From the NCBI GenBank assembly GCA_047946875.1, contig CP181398.1, positions 905,041-969,040 on the forward strand: a stretch of DNA of 64,000 bases. Reading direction: 5' to 3'. Within the stretch, counting starts at the first letter, position 1; each line of letters starts with the position of its first letter. Below, piece after piece: positions 18,354-28,710 of this stretch. The notes below the pieces were generated by a model. The model searched no databases. It saw nothing but the letters and a program-made list of their open reading frames with translations, and was not told the origin of the DNA. The DNA comes from Candidatus Kerfeldbacteria bacterium (lineage in GTDB: Bacteria > Patescibacteriota > Patescibacteriia > UBA10025 > JAHIVO01). A program made the position numbers and the translations under genes.

Positions 18354-20897
18354 TTAGTTTATACCAGTATCTGGGCAGAGGTAGTAATCAGGATGTGTAA
18401 TACAATAAGATTCATCAAAATGGCAGGCATAATTTACTCCATCTCCTGATGTACAGCTATGAATAGATGGACAACCACACGTTTGGCAGTCGGAGTCTTC
18501 TAAAGTACCATCGTTGCAAAGTTGACCACTATCACCTACTTGATTGCACTGACCTGATATAGTTCCATCACTACATGTTAATTCACAATACCCATCATTA
18601 CACAATTCACCGGTCGAACATGTACCGCAATCACTACACCCATAGATTCCACATTCACGATCGCCACATGTATTTGGCGCTTGTTCATTAGAACAAAAAG
18701 CATCAATTTCTCCAGGATTATTACATACATCAAATGTACATCCGTCAGCATCACGACAATCTGAATCCTCTAAACATATAGTGCATACCCCCTCAGAACA
18801 TACAGCGGAACAGGTTTGATATTGTCGCTGTTCACAAACACCAATATTACCACTTCCGTTTGTACAATAATATTCATAAGCATCATTTAATACACACATA
18901 CCACCATAAGTTCCAGATGCATCAGTGCATGTTCCTGGGTGAATATTTGGTTCACTTTCATATGTATCAGTACATTCTCCTTGGATACAAATTGGACCAC
19001 CCGTAGCATTCATATCACAAGCATAATCATTAGGACAATCGCAAACTAAACAATCCGACTCTACAAAGGCGCCATCAATACAAAGTCGCCCATAATCACC
19101 TACCATGTCACATTGACCGGAGGGTGTGCCATCTATACAAGCATCCCCTATATCGGTAGGAATATCATTAAAAATTATTTTTACAGTCAATCTAGAGTTT
19201 TCTGGATTATCTTCATCAATATAAATTGCTTCCACGGAAACTGTGGTATAACTTTCTGGATCATTAAAAGAAGCTCCCACTTCAAGTGCCGGATAGCCCT
19301 CATTTCGATAAGAATAAATCGCTTCAATACCATCAGGCATAAAAAGATAAGAAAAATTAGCTGGACCATAATATGTATCTAACCATCCTGCATCAATATG
19401 CAACAATGCGCCATTATATATATTGTTATAAAAAGGCCAACCTCCCATTCCAGAATCAAAGCCAATGAGTTGCCGAAATTCTACATATAAATACTCTTCT
19501 TCATCTACCCGTGGAATCATTAATGCTTTAAGTCCATTTGTATTGGTTTCTATTGGTTCTAGAGTATAGATACCATTATCTGTTACTGTTTGTTCAGTCA
19601 CCAATGCTCTTCTGCCTTCTCCTGTATTTTGATCCCAATCCGTAAACCAGCCACTTTCCTGTTTATGCTTGGCATTATAATGGTTTACACCTAAATTACC
19701 CATTACATCGAATCTATCACCATACTCGTTAAAATATTCACAGTTTTCCGGATCAAAAGGAAGTGAAAAAATATTACATCCATAAAATGCAGCATGATCA
19801 TGACCAAAACTGTGTCCAAATTCATGAGCTATCGGTACGGGCAGGGAAGTGGCACTCAAATAACCATCTTGGCCATCCCAGTCAGTATTGATCAAAATTA
19901 CATCAATATCCATACTACTACCATCTGATAATATGAACTGACGGTGACCTCCACCAAGACCTCCCCACCAGCAACCCATCGGTGCAATTATGGCCAGCTT
20001 TCCATTTTGATCATACTGCGCCAAATCCACAATTTCATTTTCGTCCAAGTAATCTGCAACATTGATAAACATATAATCCATAACATCACTTAGTTGTGCA
20101 CAAAATTCACTGCTGACTTCACTTGGTTTCTCAAAATCATATACGTAAGCACCAAAATTATCAGCCGGTTTATCTGGATTCACTGCTCCCTTGAAATCAA
20201 CTACTCCATATGAATTTTCAAAATAATAATTATCTACATAGATCATTGAGTCTCTCACTGCCGACAAATGTGGAATGGAATCATAATTCTCATATCCTTC
20301 AAAGATTCCTCTCACTGTTAATGTTTCTTGCGTTCCTATAATAGGAGCTTGGGGATTTTCTGTTTTGTCTGCAGATATAGAAATATCTTCTACATCAAGT
20401 AATATGCCCCCACCATCATTCACCAAATATCCAGTTACTGAAATGATATTACCATGCTTAAGTGGTTGATCAGATGTACCGCTGAAATAAAGAGATGTAG
20501 TTTCTCCATTACTATATAATACATACGATCTTTCTGATTTTTCATTTTCAAAATTATCAGCAATTATTACATAAAGTATTCCTTCACGGGTTACTAATGA
20601 AGATGAACAATCGCTAGTTTTCATTTTTTGCAAATATGTATCATAACTATCCGATATCACTAACTGCTCGACGGTAATAGTTGGACAAACACTAATTGGG
20701 GATACTACTTTTTTTGGAGTTACTAACCTATAAAATGAAAAAAATATTCCCCCAGCCAAAACTATTGAACCAAACACCATAACCAAAACAGAAATCTTTA
20801 TCCAAACTTCTGATTTTTGTTTAGTTGAAACTTCAGTCATAGTATCACTTTGATTAGATTTTATTGTCATATTTTTATCTTTTTTTAGTTTCTTCAT
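18354..20897 (-). CDS. Membrane-anchored zinc metalloprotease (metzincin, M11/M6-like) with Cys-rich C-terminus
   Basis: N-terminal TM; HEFGHSFGHDH; EYGDRFDVMG Met-turn; YLYVEFRQ; duplicated Cys-rich module. Confidence 0.85.
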   Translation of the reverse strand: MKKLKKDKNMTIKSNQSDTMTEVSTKQKSEVWIKISVLVMVFGSIVLAGGIFFSFYRLVTPKKVVSPISVCPTITVEQLVISDSYDTYLQKMKTSDCSSSLVTREGILYVIIADNFENEKSERSYVLYSNGETTSLYFSGTSDQPLKHGNIISVTGYLVNDGGGILLDVEDISISADKTENPQAPIIGTQETLTVRGIFEGYENYDSIPHLSAVRDSMIYVDNYYFENSYGVVDFKGAVNPDKPADNFGAYVYDFEKPSEVSSEFCAQLSDVMDYMFINVADYLDENEIVDLAQYDQNGKLAIIAPMGCWWGGLGGGHRQFILSDGSSMDIDVILINTDWDGQDGYLSATSLPVPIAHEFGHSFGHDHAAFYGCNIFSLPFDPENCEYFNEYGDRFDVMGNLGVNHYNAKHKQESGWFTDWDQNTGEGRRALVTEQTVTDNGIYTLEPIETNTNGLKALMIPRVDEEEYLYVEFRQLIGFDSGMGGWPFYNNIYNGALLHIDAGWLDTYYGPANFSYLFMPDGIEAIYSYRNEGYPALEVGASFNDPESYTTVSVEAIYIDEDNPENSRLTVKIIFNDIPTDIGDACIDGTPSGQCDMVGDYGRLCIDGAFVESDCLVCDCPNDYACDMNATGGPICIQGECTDTYESEPNIHPGTCTDASGTYGGMCVLNDAYEYYCTNGSGNIGVCEQRQYQTCSAVCSEGVCTICLEDSDCRDADGCTFDVCNNPGEIDAFCSNEQAPNTCGDRECGIYGCSDCGTCSTGELCNDGYCELTCSDGTISGQCNQVGDSGQLCNDGTLEDSDCQTCGCPSIHSCTSGDGVNYACHFDESYCITHPDYYLCPDTGIN

Positions 20898-21058
20898 GCT
20901 TTAATTTCCATTTACTTTTATATTTATATTTTACTTTATAAAACAAAACAAAGCAAAAAAATATCATTATTCTCTAACAACTCTCTTGACATAATAGAAC
21001 TAAAATAATAAGATAATTTAATTGACAATTTATTTTTAATTCAAATAAGGAGATATAC

Positions 21059-21463
21059 GTGCAATTTAATAACATATCTGTTGAAAATGTTGTACCAAAG
21101 AAGAAGTTAAAAAACCCATCACCAACCAACAAATGGGTACGCGTTATCGGTGGACCAGAGGGAGTAAACTTGCAAATACTTGTAGAGGATTGCTCCAAAC
21201 GTCCTATCTTCTCTAAGACTGAAGCCTTGGAAGTAGCTCACCAATTTCTAGAACAAAATCCAGATCCACAGCCAATCCCGATGAAGTCAAAAGAAAAAAG
21301 CTCTAAGTATGCTATATATACTGTGGGCGGAAAAAAAATCTACATCTTTATCGCCCGGCACTATAGACTCGACATTTTGATCTTACTACCACAAAACAAA
21401 ATGTTGGAACCAATCCGAACCGATGATTCGTCTCGAATTCCTAGCTTCTACATGTACAACTAA
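21059..21463 (+). CDS. Hypothetical protein
   Basis: GTG start after AAGGAG; TTGACA upstream; downstream hairpin with T run. Confidence 0.6.
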   Translation: MQFNNISVENVVPKKKLKNPSPTNKWVRVIGGPEGVNLQILVEDCSKRPIFSKTEALEVAHQFLEQNPDPQPIPMKSKEKSSKYAIYTVGGKKIYIFIARHYRLDILILLPQNKMLEPIRTDDSSRIPSFYMYN

Positions 21464-21624
21464 AATAATGCGTCTAACGCAAACACGCCGTATGTTAATT
21501 ACATACGGCTTTTTTTATTATTAATAAAAAGGTTGATATAAATTTGCTATTTAGAACTTGAGGTCTAGGGTCTTTCTGATCTAAATCTAAAAAAATAAAT
21601 CTGAATAATAGTACTTTATTATAA

Positions 21625-21780
21625 AATATTACAAAATATACAGATGAGGAATGTCCCGTAGGGTTTAGCTCAACTTAGCGAAGCGTCTTTGAGCTAAAAA
21701 TGAGGAAACAAATATTTTGTTAATTTTATTATAGGTACGAAGATTCTTTTGTTACTTTTCTTGTCTCCAAGAAAAGTAAA
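21625..21780. repeat. ~155-bp dispersed structured repeat, copy B
   Basis: Near-identical to 8587-8742, same orientation. Confidence 0.92.
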
Positions 21781-21793
21781 ATACCAAAAAAAA

Positions 21794-21817
21794 GATCCTG
21801 AAATAAATTCAGGATGA
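21794..21817. repeat. REP-like palindrome
   Basis: ATCCTGAA-ATAAA-TTCAGGAT; the same core occurs inside the SAM riboswitch. Confidence 0.7.
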
Positions 21818-21824
21818 GAAGGGT

Positions 21825-22208
21825 TTACTTATTATTTAAATACTCACTAACTATTTTCTTCACATTATCTCCAGCGTCATCTGGTAGATTATTTATATCC
21901 AACCATTTCCATTCTCTAATGTCTTCACCGGGCTTTATCTCACCAATCCGCTTAGCTAAATAATGAACCAAGACGACTGCTGTGTCCTCATCTTTTTTTA
22001 CTAACAATGTACTCATTGGTTTAATAATCTCTATCTCAATTCCTAGCTCTTCTTTGGCTTCCCGCTTCGCCACATTCTCTAAATCAAGATCATCATAGCT
22101 TTCCATTCTTCCACCAGGAAATTTCCAAAAATCAGTGTCCCCATGTTTATTTACGAGTACTTTATTATCCTCTATTATTACTGGTCCTGCAGCGATTATA
22201 TGTTTCAT
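21825..22208 (-). CDS. NUDIX hydrolase
   Basis: WKFPGG...AKREAKEELG; probable start MKHIIAAG. Confidence 0.9.
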   Translation of the reverse strand: MKHIIAAGPVIIEDNKVLVNKHGDTDFWKFPGGRMESYDDLDLENVAKREAKEELGIEIEIIKPMSTLLVKKDEDTAVVLVHYLAKRIGEIKPGEDIREWKWLDINNLPDDAGDNVKKIVSEYLNNK

Positions 22209-22298
22209 ATATTTATATTTTAACTTAATTAGATATTGTGTCAATTATTTATATGCTATACTAAATTTATCAATATATCATTATTAAAGTAAAAAAAT

Positions 22299-24569
22299 AT
22301 GAGAAAGAACTTACTATGGAGCTTATTTCTAGTTTTTATTATTGGAATAAGTGTTTTTACCGCATCTAGCGTGTCTAGTATTTCAACTCCCAAATTTGAA
22401 ATGGACACAGATCCCACTTATGTAACTGGTAAATTTGGACAAGCATTAAAAGTTGGACAAGATGATGTTCCAATATATACCTATAACGGCCACGAAGGTC
22501 TTAATCCAATTCAAGGAACTATTGAAGCTTGGGTCAAACCAAACGATTGGACTTCTGACAGTAATGGATATTGGGAAATCTTAAGCGCTGTAAATCAAGA
22601 CAAAAAAGATATTTTTGAGTTTAGAAGAGGTAAAGATACTAGATATGATCTAATGCAATTTATTGCCTATAAATCAAATGGATCTTTTCAGGCATGGCGC
22701 AACCCACTAACTTACAATTTTACTTGGCAAAATAATGAATGGGCTCATCTTGTCATGACTTGGTCAGAAACAGACACGCCAACTGTATACGTTAATGGTG
22801 TAGCTCATGAATTTGAAGGTGGCTATGGTGAAACAACCTGGGATATTAGAGACTTCACAAGTGGTAAAATATTTTTAGGACAAAGGGGAAATGAATATGT
22901 AAGAAACAACAACTATTACAATCACGCAGGCCGAGCAACTTTCGACGAAGTTAGAGTTTCAAGTAAAGTTCGATCTGAAGAAGAAATAATAGCAAATTAT
23001 AATTCTGGAAATGGAAAACTATTAACAGCGGACGAAGATACATTATGGCTAGCTCATTTTGACAGTTCTTTGGATATAGACACTTACACTACGAGCAGTG
23101 ATAATGCTTTATGGTTAAAAAGAGAAGTAAGAAAATGTGATGATCAAACTATTAATACAACACATCCGAATGAAGGCGATCAAGATTTTGAAGTAGGTAG
23201 CTATTCTAACTATACCTGTGGCAATAGACATCAGGCACAATGTAATAATGATGGAACTTTTGATAATTATTATTCCGAGACATGTTATTACAAAAAAACT
23301 GGCGAACGCGTAACTTCTACAACCCTTAAGGCTGTACAAATCGATGGAGCATACCTAAAAGCTGAGTGGGTACCAGCAATACATAATGATAAATTTGAAT
23401 CATATGTATTGGCAATATCCTATGATGATGATACACCTAGTTATCCAGAAAACAATACTGGATGGTCCAGCAATGTACAAACAAAAAGCCAACTACGCAT
23501 TCCTCATTCGGAACTGTATTTTAATGATAATGTTAATACAAAACTTGAAATTGGCAAAACGTACCATGTTGCGATTGGCGTACGTGACACCAATGGACAT
23601 GTAAAAATGAGTAATGCAGTCGAATTTACTGTTCCTGATTTTAAACAATTCTTTGCATATAACGAAAAATTAAGCGGTGGTTATAATATTTTTGCAAAAG
23701 ATACTAATGGCAATGGCATCGCAGAAATTATTACCGGTACTGGTGATGGCCTTGGTCCTCAAATCAGCATATTCAATAGTGAAGGCGTTGTATTGGGCAG
23801 ATGCTTTGCATATGCGGAACATCTTAGATCGGGAGTAAGAGTCACTGTAGCTGACTTAGATGGTGATAATTCTTCTGAAATAATTACTGCTGCAGGTCCT
23901 AGTGGTCGTCCTCATATACAAATATTCAATAATAGATGTCAACGTTTATCACCCGGCTTCTTCGCCCTAGATGGACAATTTCAAGGAGGAACTCATGTAA
24001 CTTCTGGGGATATTGATGGTGATGGTGATGACGAAATCATTGTTACTGCCGGTAAAGGCGGTGGTGCTCAAGTCATGGCTTATGATAAAAATGGAAATAC
24101 ATTACTAAACTTTTTTGCCTACGATAAAGATACTTTCCGAGGAGGAATCAAAGCCACGGCCATAGATATTGATGGTGATGGTATCGATGAAATTGTTACC
24201 GGACCAGAATATGGATCACCTCACATACAAATATTTCAGATTAGAAATGGAGAGGCTCATCTCCTAAATCCTGGATTTTATGCTTTTTCCACAGATTTTA
24301 AAGGTGGTGTATCAGTAACTGGCGCAGATGTAAATGGTGATGATGTTAATGAAATTGTAGTTAGCGTAGGGCATGAATCAGCCTCCTTGATTAGAGTATT
24401 CAATAAAGATGGGTCAATATTTAGAAATGATTATTATACATACACCGAAGATTTTGAAGGTGGTATAAATGTTACATCTGGAGATCTTAATGGAGATGGT
24501 AGAGATGAAATTTTAACTATTCCTGCATCGGAAGGACAACCTAACGTAAGACGTTTCAATTTTTACTAA
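22299..24569 (+). CDS. Secreted LamG-like plus FG-GAP/VCBS-repeat surface protein
   Basis: Signal peptide; GTIEAWVKP, WAHLVMTW, VYVNG, FDEVRVS (LamG); repeated GDxxGDGxDEIIT..G motifs. Confidence 0.85.
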   Translation: MRKNLLWSLFLVFIIGISVFTASSVSSISTPKFEMDTDPTYVTGKFGQALKVGQDDVPIYTYNGHEGLNPIQGTIEAWVKPNDWTSDSNGYWEILSAVNQDKKDIFEFRRGKDTRYDLMQFIAYKSNGSFQAWRNPLTYNFTWQNNEWAHLVMTWSETDTPTVYVNGVAHEFEGGYGETTWDIRDFTSGKIFLGQRGNEYVRNNNYYNHAGRATFDEVRVSSKVRSEEEIIANYNSGNGKLLTADEDTLWLAHFDSSLDIDTYTTSSDNALWLKREVRKCDDQTINTTHPNEGDQDFEVGSYSNYTCGNRHQAQCNNDGTFDNYYSETCYYKKTGERVTSTTLKAVQIDGAYLKAEWVPAIHNDKFESYVLAISYDDDTPSYPENNTGWSSNVQTKSQLRIPHSELYFNDNVNTKLEIGKTYHVAIGVRDTNGHVKMSNAVEFTVPDFKQFFAYNEKLSGGYNIFAKDTNGNGIAEIITGTGDGLGPQISIFNSEGVVLGRCFAYAEHLRSGVRVTVADLDGDNSSEIITAAGPSGRPHIQIFNNRCQRLSPGFFALDGQFQGGTHVTSGDIDGDGDDEIIVTAGKGGGAQVMAYDKNGNTLLNFFAYDKDTFRGGIKATAIDIDGDGIDEIVTGPEYGSPHIQIFQIRNGEAHLLNPGFYAFSTDFKGGVSVTGADVNGDDVNEIVVSVGHESASLIRVFNKDGSIFRNDYYTYTEDFEGGINVTSGDLNGDGRDEILTIPASEGQPNVRRFNFY

Positions 24570-24642
24570 GAAACAAATTTCATAAACAAAAAAACGGGGA
24601 GCAGTAACTACTTCCCGTTTGTCATTTAACATCAATTCGTGT

Positions 24643-25221
24643 TTATTCCAACAAAGGATTCGGAACATCTGGCACAGGAGCCTTGCCAGCACCAAATAAC
24701 ACTTTGAAAAAACCACGCTTAGAATCTTGCTGATACTTTTTGGTCCATTGCGTCATCCAGTTAAGTTGAGTCTGAAGATCTGCACGATCGCCCTTCAACG
24801 CGTCATTCAAATAATTGACATTCCACAGATCATTGTTCAAAGATGTTACTTTTTCATCTTTTTCTTCAATGGCACACCGCTGAACTTCATACGAGACTTC
24901 GTAACTGACCAACATAGCCGGAATAACCTCATCCCTTGCTTGAGCTAGTTGAGCATTGAGTTTGCTATTCTCAGCTGTTAGTAGTTGATTCTCCGCATAA
25001 ATCAATTCACTTCTTGCAATAGCATTGTTAACTACTGGTTGTAGTGAATCAACAAGATTTTTCAAAAAACTTTGCAAAGAATCAATCCGTACCTGCTTGG
25101 CATCAACTACTACTGCCTCGTCCTTGTCGTTTTTACTGTACTTATCAGTTTCCTGGATACAGCTACCCATAACAAATACAAACAACAAAAGAATTGGAAT
25201 TAATACAATTCTACGAAACAT
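24643..25221 (-). CDS. Hypothetical coiled-coil lipoprotein
   Basis: Lipobox-like MGSC; AGGAGG SD; heptad-rich sequence. Confidence 0.7.
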   Translation of the reverse strand: MFRRIVLIPILLLFVFVMGSCIQETDKYSKNDKDEAVVVDAKQVRIDSLQSFLKNLVDSLQPVVNNAIARSELIYAENQLLTAENSKLNAQLAQARDEVIPAMLVSYEVSYEVQRCAIEEKDEKVTSLNNDLWNVNYLNDALKGDRADLQTQLNWMTQWTKKYQQDSKRGFFKVLFGAGKAPVPDVPNPLLE

Positions 25222-25351
25222 TGTTACCTCCTACTGATTTTAAAGGTTCTATTATTATCAACTAATTTCATATTGATAAACAATCTTATCAATAAATGTG
25301 TAATACTGTCAACTACTTTACATTGTTATTAAAGAATGAGAAAATTGATAT

Positions 25352-25828
25352 ATGAATCATTCAATTAAAGTAGGATTTAGTTTTGGATTAACGTCAGCGG
25401 TTATTACTACTCTTGGATTAATGGTTGGCCTTGAAGCAGGTACTTCATCACGCCTAGCTGTAATCGGTGGAGTTATTACTATCGCGATTGCTGATGCATT
25501 TTCTGATGCCCTTGGCATCCATGTAGCAGAAGAGTCAGAAAATAAACACACAACCAAAGAGATTTGGATGTCTACTATTTCTACATTCTTAACCAAATCT
25601 ATTTTTGCTTCAATTTTTATTATTCCTTTAGTAATGTTGAACCTATCAACAGCTATAATTGTAAGTATTATTTTTGGACTATTATTAATGTCCGTCTTTA
25701 GTTATATCTTGGCAAAACAACAAGAAGTAAAACCTTGGCATATTGTCGGAGAACATTTATTGATAGCGATAGTTGTAATTACAATTACTCACTACTTAGG
25801 CGTTTGGATATCAAATACATTTAATTAA
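25352..25828 (+). CDS. VIT1/CCC1-family membrane protein
   Basis: FGLTSAVITTLG, IAIADAFSDALGIHVAEESE. Confidence 0.85.
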   Translation: MNHSIKVGFSFGLTSAVITTLGLMVGLEAGTSSRLAVIGGVITIAIADAFSDALGIHVAEESENKHTTKEIWMSTISTFLTKSIFASIFIIPLVMLNLSTAIIVSIIFGLLLMSVFSYILAKQQEVKPWHIVGEHLLIAIVVITITHYLGVWISNTFN

Positions 25829-25898
25829 AATAAAAAAAAGACGGTCAGTGGATTTTGACCGTCTCAATGTTAAAATATGCGTACTAATGTACTATTGA

Positions 25899-26609
25899 CT
25901 ACTCTTCGGGATTAGTGTCTTTGTCTCCGTCGGACACGTTGTCCGTCGAATCCATGTCGGCTTCCGGGACATCGGTATCAGCGATAGTTCTTGCCGTATC
26001 AAGGAAGTTGGCAAGCGGAGTATCGGAATCGATTCCGACTTCTGCGCGAGAAACACCAAGAAGATCCATCTGAACGTTCAACTTCTGGAACTGACTAAAG
26101 ATCTCTCTCAGAGTATCATTAGCGTAACCAACCGATTTCGTCACTTCAGATACATTACCATCATGCTCGAAACGGCCCAGATCGATAAGCATCTGGTCGG
26201 AATTGATGCAAAGAGTTTCATTGACCATGAGAGCCAATGTATTTGCTTCTTCGACCATCTTACGGACATGAGCCGCTTTGCTCTCAACACTACCAGCAGA
26301 ACAACCGGACTCTGCTTCCTGCAAAGTCTTGGTCGCCGAATTGATCGCATAGATGAAATTAATCATGCTGGTTACATCGCAGGCATTGTCAATATCACAA
26401 GTTCTTAAAGCATCAAGATAATTATACGGTTTATTTCCTTTGACCGCATCAGATACTACCATAACGAAATTACGATAAGTATCAGATATTTCATTTGATG
26501 CATGAAGATCGTCCTGTGATTGCTGAAGATCCTTTTTGAGTGTGTTGCATCTGATGATAAAGCCGATTACGATAGCCACTAAGACTACGATTGTAAAAGC
26601 TTCAAACAT
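25899..26609 (-). CDS. Hypothetical membrane-anchored coiled-coil protein
   Basis: N-terminal TM, GGAGG SD, visibly higher GC than its neighbours. Confidence 0.7.
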   Translation of the reverse strand: MFEAFTIVVLVAIVIGFIIRCNTLKKDLQQSQDDLHASNEISDTYRNFVMVVSDAVKGNKPYNYLDALRTCDIDNACDVTSMINFIYAINSATKTLQEAESGCSAGSVESKAAHVRKMVEEANTLALMVNETLCINSDQMLIDLGRFEHDGNVSEVTKSVGYANDTLREIFSQFQKLNVQMDLLGVSRAEVGIDSDTPLANFLDTARTIADTDVPEADMDSTDNVSDGDKDTNPEE

Positions 26610-26960
26610 ACCAACCTCCGTTTGTGTTTTCTCCCCGAAAGGAGTCTTTTAGTTTATGTTGTAAATTTTCATTCATTTATATATTTTATCCACTATTATG
26701 AGCGTATATATTATCCGCACAGAAACTAGATAAAAAAATTAGGTCCTAACTTATAAGAGAGCACCTGCAATAGTAAATCTATTTGTATCGATTTTATGCT
26801 CTCTCCTTCACGAAATCAGATACGGTTATTGAATTTTTTATGTATAACATATCAGCATACACCCACATGCTTATCTTGTCAAGAGTTAATACACAAAAAA
26901 TGGCTAATATTAGCCATAATTAATATTATATTAAACTTTATAACTTAATTTATTTTTTCT

Positions 26961-27095
26961 GGCTGGGGTTCCGCCAAAGGCGGACAGGCTGGGGGATTCA
27001 TTAAGCCAATACCAAATAGTAACAATAAATTTACTGAGGAGCGCATTGAAGCCCCCAGCAGTTTTTTGTTACTTTTTTGCTGTCAAAAAAGTATA
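26961..27095. repeat. Structured intergenic element related to the 155-bp repeat at its 3' end
   Basis: GCTGGGGGATTCA...TGAAGCCCCCAGC stem; TTTTGTTACTTTT..AAAAGTA end shared with copies A and B; TCCGCC-AAA-GGCGGA hairpin. Confidence 0.55.
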
Positions 27096-27099
27096 AAGA

Positions 27100-28710
27100 C
27101 TAACTTAACTTTTTAGATAAATAAGTTTTATCTAATTTATATCCTAATTTTTTATAGTATCCCCTAACACCTATGCCAGATATGACAGATAACTTTTTAT
27201 ATCCTTTTTCTTTAGAAATCTTCTCAGCTTCTTTCATCAAACGTTTACCAAAACCAATGTGTTGGACTGCTTTTTTCTTTGAACCAACCGGGATTAATTC
27301 TCCATAGGTGTGTAATTCTCTTATCAATGCAGTATCTATATCGAATGCCAGCTCGTCCCCTTTAACAGTAATTTCTTTTTTATCAAAAAACCTTACAATT
27401 TTCATTTCACTAGCTTTTCTCTTTTTTTTGTCTGGCAATCGCAATCTAGCAAATGCATATAATTTTTTATAATCATTGCTTTCGAAACTAATAAAATATT
27501 CTGTCCCCTGACCTGCTTTATATTTTCTAATTACTAATTTAACATCTTTTTCAGTCACTGACGACTTTCTTGCTTCACGACAACGAATACATCTACAAAC
27601 CACTCCTTCATTATGAAGTAACTGACGTAAGTTAGTTGATAGATTTCCATCAACTATTTCATTTCCAGGGATATCTCTAATCAGACGATTAATACGTACG
27701 TAAGGTGGTATATCTTTTTTAATATTTACCAATAGTTTGGCTAAGCGCTTTCCTTTGTATGGCTTGAACTTACCTTGTTGGTGCCATTTGTATAGTGTAG
27801 TTGATTTGATTACCACACATGGATATATCTTAAGCATGTCTGGTTTAAAACCAGGATCATTAAATACTTTTTTAAAGGTGGCTAAATCTGACTTAGGAGT
27901 TGCCCCTGGAAGGCCTGGCATCAGATGATAAGTTATCTTAAACCCAAAATCTCTCAGCATATTTGTAGCTCTTTTTATGTTTTCTATACTGTCATCTCTT
28001 TTTATCAAATCAAGAATTTCATGTTCCAACGTTTGTACACCGATTTGAACATGGGTACAGCCCAATTCTCGCATTCTCCATAATTCATCTTTAGTTACAT
28101 AATCCGGCCTTGTCTCCAAAGTAAGTCCAATGATTTTATGCTTAGCCTTTTCATTAATCTTCTGAGCCTCTGCGATTGTCTTAGATGACTTTTCATTAGC
28201 CGCTTCAAAACATCTCCTGATAAACCAATCTTGATATTTCTTGGTATAGTATGACCAAGTACCACCTAAAACGATTAGTTCAATTTTATCTGCACTGTGC
28301 CCGTTGGCTTCCAGAGCTTTGATTCTCATTTTTACTTGATTATATGGATTGAATTTCAAACGTAAGGCTCGTTGGGCAGCTGGCTCAGAAGCAATATAAC
28401 TTTTTGGCATTTGTTTTTCCGTAGGACAATAAACACAACGGCCAGGACACGGATAAGGCTTAGTTAGCACTGTTACCGGGGCAATACCAGATAAAGTTCT
28501 AATTTCACGTTTACGTAAAAGACGTTCGATCTTAGAATACCGTCCGGGCTTGAAAAACTTTCGATAGTACTCTAAAATCAAAGAATTAGCTATAATAGTA
28601 GTATCATATTTCTTAGCTAAATCACGCTTAGCTTGTCGCAATCCTTCTGGATCTTGAGGATTAAGCTTAATTAAATTATAAATATATTTTTTTGAAACTT
28701 TTGGAGTCAT
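27100..28710 (-). CDS. elp3: Elp3-family tRNA uridine(34) carboxymethyltransferase (radical SAM + GNAT)
   Basis: RTLSGIAPVTV, CPGRCVYCP, GLTLETRPD, LKIYPC, IRELHTYG, QHIGFG, ISGIGVRGYY. Confidence 0.95.
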   Translation of the reverse strand: MTPKVSKKYIYNLIKLNPQDPEGLRQAKRDLAKKYDTTIIANSLILEYYRKFFKPGRYSKIERLLRKREIRTLSGIAPVTVLTKPYPCPGRCVYCPTEKQMPKSYIASEPAAQRALRLKFNPYNQVKMRIKALEANGHSADKIELIVLGGTWSYYTKKYQDWFIRRCFEAANEKSSKTIAEAQKINEKAKHKIIGLTLETRPDYVTKDELWRMRELGCTHVQIGVQTLEHEILDLIKRDDSIENIKRATNMLRDFGFKITYHLMPGLPGATPKSDLATFKKVFNDPGFKPDMLKIYPCVVIKSTTLYKWHQQGKFKPYKGKRLAKLLVNIKKDIPPYVRINRLIRDIPGNEIVDGNLSTNLRQLLHNEGVVCRCIRCREARKSSVTEKDVKLVIRKYKAGQGTEYFISFESNDYKKLYAFARLRLPDKKKRKASEMKIVRFFDKKEITVKGDELAFDIDTALIRELHTYGELIPVGSKKKAVQHIGFGKRLMKEAEKISKEKGYKKLSVISGIGVRGYYKKLGYKLDKTYLSKKLS

